Shown here piece by piece: positions 58,924 through 64,000 of a DNA stretch of 64,000 nt. This DNA comes from Patescibacteria group bacterium (GTDB lineage: Bacteria; Patescibacteriota; Minisyncoccia; Phycocordibacterales; Phycocordibacteraceae). Numbering within the stretch: position 1 is the stretch's first letter; each line of letters begins with the position of its first letter. Location: positions 635-64,634 of the forward strand of contig JBBTSO010000001.1 in assembly GCA_038064695.1 (NCBI GenBank). The letters are read 5' to 3'. A program made the position numbers and the translations under genes. The notes under the pieces were generated by a model. The model saw only the letters and a program-made list of their open reading frames with translations. It had not been told where the DNA came from and made no database searches.

Positions 58924-59832
58924 ATGCATAACCGAGAACACATCGGCATTCTGGTGCTTGCAACAGTGGTATCGCTTGGAGCTGTCGGCCTTGCACTGTT
59001 CACTTCGCAGAATGAAAAAAAATCTCTTTCGGGAAGCCCTTCTGTTCAAGCAGTGGCAAAGGCATCATCTCCCTCCGCAGCACAGAACGACACTGACCAG
59101 GACGGGCTCCCCAACTGGAAAGAAGTACTCCTAGGCACAAATCCAACCGTTGCCGATACCGACCAGGACGGTGTGTCTGACGCTGATGAAGTTGCGAAGG
59201 GGGCAGATCCTCTCGCCTTTGGCGCAGATCCCGTACTCAACGCTCCCTACGTTGCCCCCCGCGGACTTCCCACCACTGAAGCGCTCGCACGTGAACTCTT
59301 GAGTACGTACGCGGAATTAAAAGCTGGAGGAAACCTCAACGCGGAAGAAACTAATACTGCGCTTCTGTCACTCCTTGAGAGACGTCTTCAGGAACCAACC
59401 CTTCCTCCCACCTTTACCCGCTCACAACTCACCATAGAAAATGACGTCTCACTTGACGCCTACCAAGGCGCACTCACCAATGCGTTCAACGAAGCATCCC
59501 GTGTCCGCGAGTACGAACTCAATGTATTCGCGCGCGCCATTTCGGAAAACCGAAGCGCTGAGTTAGCGAAACTCAAAACTACCGCAGTTATATACGAATC
59601 AATTCGCGACACTCTCCTTGCAATTGAAGTGCCAGAGCGTGTCGCTGATGACCACCTCGCCGTGGTGAACTCACTCTCTTCTATTGAAACAGCGGTCGCG
59701 GGGCTTGCTTCGTGGGGGGGCGACCCACTTGATGCATTAGCGCTCGTCAACACCTTTAGCGAATCAGAGACAACGCTTCGCCTCACCCTCACCGACCTCT
59801 TCACCCGTTTAACCATACTTAAAAAATCATGA
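58924..59832 (+). CDS. Membrane-anchored protein with DxDxDG Ca-binding-like repeats
   Basis: DTDQDGLPNWKE, DTDQDGVSDADE. Confidence 0.8.
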   Translation: MHNREHIGILVLATVVSLGAVGLALFTSQNEKKSLSGSPSVQAVAKASSPSAAQNDTDQDGLPNWKEVLLGTNPTVADTDQDGVSDADEVAKGADPLAFGADPVLNAPYVAPRGLPTTEALARELLSTYAELKAGGNLNAEETNTALLSLLERRLQEPTLPPTFTRSQLTIENDVSLDAYQGALTNAFNEASRVREYELNVFARAISENRSAELAKLKTTAVIYESIRDTLLAIEVPERVADDHLAVVNSLSSIETAVAGLASWGGDPLDALALVNTFSESETTLRLTLTDLFTRLTILKKS

Positions 59833-61436
59833 GACATTTCTTTTTTACATTGTCATTGTTCGCACTTCTAAGCACACCGTTATCGCCCGTGGTTGCGTTT
59901 GGCGGAGGTATTTTAGGGTGTGGCGCAGCGCAAGTGGGCGGGGCAGTCACTGGTGCAGTGCAGGACGCGGTCGCCACGGGCGCGGCGAGCGCGCTCGGAT
60001 TTTCAGTAAGTGGCGCCATTCCTGTTGACGTGCGCGGGTCAGTAAAACAAGACATTTCTACACTCAAAACCAAGGAGTGCGTGATGGACGGGCTTGCCAT
60101 AGCGCTTGCCGAAGGCATGATCGGCGCGCTCACACAAAACATTGTTGACTGGATAAACAGCGGGTTTGAAGGGTCGCCAGCTTTCGTGACTGATTTTCGT
60201 GGTTTTTTAGGCGACATTGCCGACCAAACTGCTTTGGACTTTCTAGAAGGAACCGAATTGGAGTTTATATGTAGTCCGTTTCAGTTGGAGGTACGCTTAG
60301 CACTTGCGGTTCAACGACAGCCATTCCAAGAACGCATTCGCTGTAGCTTAGGCGACGTTACTGACAACATTGAAGGGTTCTTGGGGGGAGATTTTTCACA
60401 AGGGGGATGGCCTGCATGGTTTAGACTCTACACTGAAATTCAGAACATCCCCTACGGATCGTACTTGCTAAGTGAAGCACAACTTCACACGGAAATTGAT
60501 TCTCGACAAGACGCGGGGCGATGGGAAGTGACGGTAGGTGGTGGATTATTTTCTAAAAAACGATGCAAGGCGGGGGCTGAACGAGTAGCAAAAACATATG
60601 TTGAGGGGTACGAGAGCGAAGCCGTAAGTGAACCAAGGTGTCTTGAATATGAAATTGTCACCCCTGGTACAGTATTCAATGAGCAGTTGAACAACGCGCT
60701 TGGCACCGGGCAACGCAAACTTGAATTGGCAGACGAATTTGACGAAGTTATTAACGCACTCTTGGCGCAACTTGCGCAACAGGCGCTGACATCTATTGAT
60801 GGGCTTCGCGGGCTATCCAGTCGTTCATCGTCAAGCGCCGGAACTATTCGGAACGCAAACGGTGAGGAAATACCTGCCTCCTACCTTGAAACATTAGTGA
60901 ATGAGTCAACTGACAACTCCATTAACCTCGCCCAAGACGCTCTCTTGACGGACATTGAGGTAGCTATTGAGAGCGAGGAGGATTACCAAAACGTTACTGA
61001 AGATTTAATCGACGGATTGGAGGAAATTGCTGACGACTATGGAAAGGTGTACGCATGCTACATGGATATTGTTCAAAACCCCGCAAGCTTCAGCACTATT
61101 TCGGGCACCACAGCGCTTGGATTAGCAAATGCTGCATCAACAACGGCGGCAACAAGTATCAAGCCTCGCCTGCAAGGGTTCCAAAATAATATAAACCTCT
61201 CTTTTGAAACCGTGGAGGCATTGGTGAAACTTCTCTCAACTGCACGCGCAGCAAAGACCGTGGATCAGTTGAACTTGGTTGCAGACGAGTACGACGCGCT
61301 CCTCGCATCCGGCATCATCCACACTGCAAACGATGTGGCAGTCGCTGAACTCGACCTCTTCGCGCAAAGTACGACACTTGCAGAACTTGAAGACACTCTC
61401 TCCGACCAAACGCTCGCGTGTCGCCGCACCAACTAA
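59829..61436 (+). CDS. Secreted hypothetical protein with paired Cys
   Basis: Signal peptide; WINSGFEGSPAFV; overlaps upstream stop. Confidence 0.8.
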   Translation: MRHFFFTLSLFALLSTPLSPVVAFGGGILGCGAAQVGGAVTGAVQDAVATGAASALGFSVSGAIPVDVRGSVKQDISTLKTKECVMDGLAIALAEGMIGALTQNIVDWINSGFEGSPAFVTDFRGFLGDIADQTALDFLEGTELEFICSPFQLEVRLALAVQRQPFQERIRCSLGDVTDNIEGFLGGDFSQGGWPAWFRLYTEIQNIPYGSYLLSEAQLHTEIDSRQDAGRWEVTVGGGLFSKKRCKAGAERVAKTYVEGYESEAVSEPRCLEYEIVTPGTVFNEQLNNALGTGQRKLELADEFDEVINALLAQLAQQALTSIDGLRGLSSRSSSSAGTIRNANGEEIPASYLETLVNESTDNSINLAQDALLTDIEVAIESEEDYQNVTEDLIDGLEEIADDYGKVYACYMDIVQNPASFSTISGTTALGLANAASTTAATSIKPRLQGFQNNINLSFETVEALVKLLSTARAAKTVDQLNLVADEYDALLASGIIHTANDVAVAELDLFAQSTTLAELEDTLSDQTLACRRTN

Positions 61437-61501
61437 CATATGTGCATTCATTCACACACAAAAATCACGCTACTATTGAGTAATGCATGTGACGTAACTA
61501 T

Positions 61502-63652
61502 ATGAGTGAACAAAAAGAAGGGGCGAAAGGGGCATGGGCGTTACGATTTGAGGCAGTAGGGAGATACGTGCTCCTCGCTGGGGCGCTTGTTCTTTTGTTA
61601 ACTGGTTTTTTGGGGTGTTTTAACTTTGACGCAACAAGTTGTTTGGGCGGAGCCGGCATCCGCATGCTTCAAGTGTCAGCTCTCGCAGTGGGAGTTGCGG
61701 GGGCCATGCTTGATTGGTCACTTGTTCGATACCTCCTCAATATGGGCGAGTTTTTAGGGCAAGGGGGCGGGTTTGGAAATGCAATAGCGGCTGCGTGGAC
61801 TATATTTCGCAACTTAATAAACCTGGTGTTTATTGCAGGTCTCGTGTGGGCGGCAATCAGTTTAATTTTGGGTAACGACGCCGGCGGACAAAAACCAGGG
61901 AAATTGGTGATTCAACTCATTATTGCTGCTCTTCTGGTAAATTTTAGTTACTTTTTTGCGGCAGTTATTATTGACGCTTCAAACTTTACCACCCGTGCTA
62001 TTTATCAAGAAGCATTTTATGGTGAGGTAGGAGTAAATTTTGCGCGAGGAACCGAGGCAGGACGTGAAAGGGACATAAACAAAGATGTTACCAGCTACTT
62101 AAAAAACGAGAAAATTTCTGACCGTTTTTTAGTCGCCACTAAACTTGGGTCAGTGAGTGCTATAGAGAATCTGCGCGAAGGGGACCGCGAGCTTGGATTT
62201 TCTATTCTTCTTATTGGGATTGTGGGGTCAGTTCTATTCCTCGTCACTGCGATGATCTTTTTTCAATTTGTCACGGTTATGGTTGGCCGATTTATTGTAA
62301 TTATTATTTTGCTTATCACATCCCCTGTGGGGATTCTTCGTCTTACCGGTCTGCCCGTAGTAAGTAATTGGGGGAAAGCATGGTGGGACGCACTCATCAG
62401 TCAAGCGGTGTTCCCGCCAGTGTTTGTTATACTCGTTGCCTCCTCTCTTGCCATCATCGAAGGAGGAGCAGCTCAGTTGCTTAAAGGCACGAATGGCACT
62501 ATTGTGGACTTTTTGCTTAACAACGCAAAGGGATTCAATAGTACTGACCCTACTTATGTAGCTGGCCAATTTGCACGTTTTTATGGTGCATTTGATCTCA
62601 TCCTCCTCTACGTTATCGCAGCGGGGCTCTTGTTTGCGTCGCTAAAAATTGCGATCAATATTGCGGAACAGGCTCCGGTTGCAATTCCTACCACGAAAGA
62701 TATTTATCAATTCCGCAAAGATCTCTACAAGCGGGCCGGCGCATTGGGCAAAGGGGCTGCCGATTTAATTGCAGCGCCAGGTAAACTTCCTCTCTCATAC
62801 AACCTTTTGGGTGGGCTCATCCGCTTTAAAATTGGGCCTCAGTATGACAAAGAGGGGCGCCCGTATAGAGACTTGGGTGACTATATTGCACAAGGACCTT
62901 CCCAACGAGCTGTCCCTTCAGACCCTGATTCAATGACCCCTGAGCAAAGAGCAGCCCATCGTCAAGCAGACTTCGCATATGAGGAGTATTCAAAAGCATT
63001 TAATAGGCTCATGGAAAAAATCGCGAGCGGAGCAAGCGAGGAAGAAATCGTTGCTGCTCGTCAAGAAACAGCGGAGCTCTTTGCCCGTATTCCTGATGAA
63101 AGTTACAAAACAGCAGAACGCAACAAAAAACGCAAATCACCAAAAGAACAAGAAGAGTTTGACAGAGTGGATTTGGAATCGAGGACTGTTCCTTCTCGTG
63201 CTCGAGCTACACTAAAAGCTGCTGAAAAAGAAGCCGCCCAAGAAAAACCAGCTCCGGCAGGGGGAGGCGGACAGAAGTCACAACCGCTACCAGGGAAACC
63301 AGCGGCTCCTGCAACTCCTACTCATAGTTTGTCTCCAGATGCGGTTGCCATTAGCAACTCTGTTGATCAGTTTAATTTGGAAGAGCGCCGCCGTGATAGG
63401 AAGGGCGACGAGGAGTTAGAGAAATTAAGAGTTGCGTTTGTGGATGCTCTCAAAACATACGGGCCGAAAGTTACGGTAACCGACATGGGAGGACTTGCGC
63501 GAAATACAAACATAACTCCTCAACAGTTTGACTTAATACGCGACGAAGTGCCTCAGACAGTTCGTGACGCATTTAATGCAAGCCCTGCGAGCGTTACCCG
63601 TCCATCAAAACCTAAACAGCAAGGCGGTGGGGATACTAACCCCGTCATATAA
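61502..63652 (+). CDS. Polytopic membrane protein, VirB6/TrbL-like
   Basis: WTIFRNLINLVFI, LIIAALLVNFS, SP..I, WW; long charged C-tail. Confidence 0.6.
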   Translation: MSEQKEGAKGAWALRFEAVGRYVLLAGALVLLLTGFLGCFNFDATSCLGGAGIRMLQVSALAVGVAGAMLDWSLVRYLLNMGEFLGQGGGFGNAIAAAWTIFRNLINLVFIAGLVWAAISLILGNDAGGQKPGKLVIQLIIAALLVNFSYFFAAVIIDASNFTTRAIYQEAFYGEVGVNFARGTEAGRERDINKDVTSYLKNEKISDRFLVATKLGSVSAIENLREGDRELGFSILLIGIVGSVLFLVTAMIFFQFVTVMVGRFIVIIILLITSPVGILRLTGLPVVSNWGKAWWDALISQAVFPPVFVILVASSLAIIEGGAAQLLKGTNGTIVDFLLNNAKGFNSTDPTYVAGQFARFYGAFDLILLYVIAAGLLFASLKIAINIAEQAPVAIPTTKDIYQFRKDLYKRAGALGKGAADLIAAPGKLPLSYNLLGGLIRFKIGPQYDKEGRPYRDLGDYIAQGPSQRAVPSDPDSMTPEQRAAHRQADFAYEEYSKAFNRLMEKIASGASEEEIVAARQETAELFARIPDESYKTAERNKKRKSPKEQEEFDRVDLESRTVPSRARATLKAAEKEAAQEKPAPAGGGGQKSQPLPGKPAAPATPTHSLSPDAVAISNSVDQFNLEERRRDRKGDEELEKLRVAFVDALKTYGPKVTVTDMGGLARNTNITPQQFDLIRDEVPQTVRDAFNASPASVTRPSKPKQQGGGDTNPVI

Positions 63653-63659
63653 TTTCTTT

Positions 63660-64000
63660 ATGATCACTATTCCAACAAACGAGGAGCTCCGCAACGCGTA
63701 TGAGAAAGCTCCAGAAATGGTACAGAAATATATTACCTCTGAAGGTTTAGCGGCAGCGTTTGAAGAAATTCGAATGTCTAACAAGCTACACCTTGACGAA
63801 GCAGGGAGGTTAAGTCAAGCATTAAACGCCGTATTTCTTGAACTGCGGACAATAACTACATTTCCAGAGCTTTTGCGCACTACGCTGGAGCAAAACAGCA
63901 ACACCTATGACGCGGTCTTAAAAGCAGTGAATGAGAAGATATTTGAACCGTTCCGTGCTTTGCTACAGCCAGCGCCAGACGTCGTGAAAGCGCCCGTAAC
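63660..64000 (+). CDS. Hypothetical helical protein, 3'-truncated
   Basis: ATG 63660, open to window end (MITIPTNEELRNAYEKAPE...). Confidence 0.75.
   Translation, partial: MITIPTNEELRNAYEKAPEMVQKYITSEGLAAAFEEIRMSNKLHLDEAGRLSQALNAVFLELRTITTFPELLRTTLEQNSNTYDAVLKAVNEKIFEPFRALLQPAPDVVKAPV

Overview
A 64-kb chromosomal segment of a small-genome bacterium. Gene content and protein style point to Patescibacteria/CPR (Parcubacteria-like); that assignment is inference. The backbone is housekeeping: split str and S10 ribosomal clusters, rpmB, rpsO, nusA, rny, clpP-tig, recJ-rnhA, pgk-tpiA, xth, a Xer-type recombinase, pcrA, rsmA, CCA-adding enzyme, four tRNAs, type IV pilus/competence genes and a VirB6-like membrane cluster. 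The main unexplained feature is about 21 short orphan ORFs with 1-2 hydrophobic helices, inserted mostly one at a time between conserved genes, including inside ribosomal, pilus and comEC clusters. Most have their own sigma70-type promoter, usually positioned for a leaderless mRNA. Five are missing from the ORF track, four share a TM + Cys/His metal-finger layout, and one sits behind an apparent leader-peptide attenuator. Also seen: ~200-bp elements bounded by duplicated tRNA 3' ends, a parS-like cluster running into yraN, 7-nt-period tracts that appear to supply -10 boxes, and several candidate structured RNAs. No CRISPR array, rRNA or prophage was seen. All calls were made by eye, without database searches.
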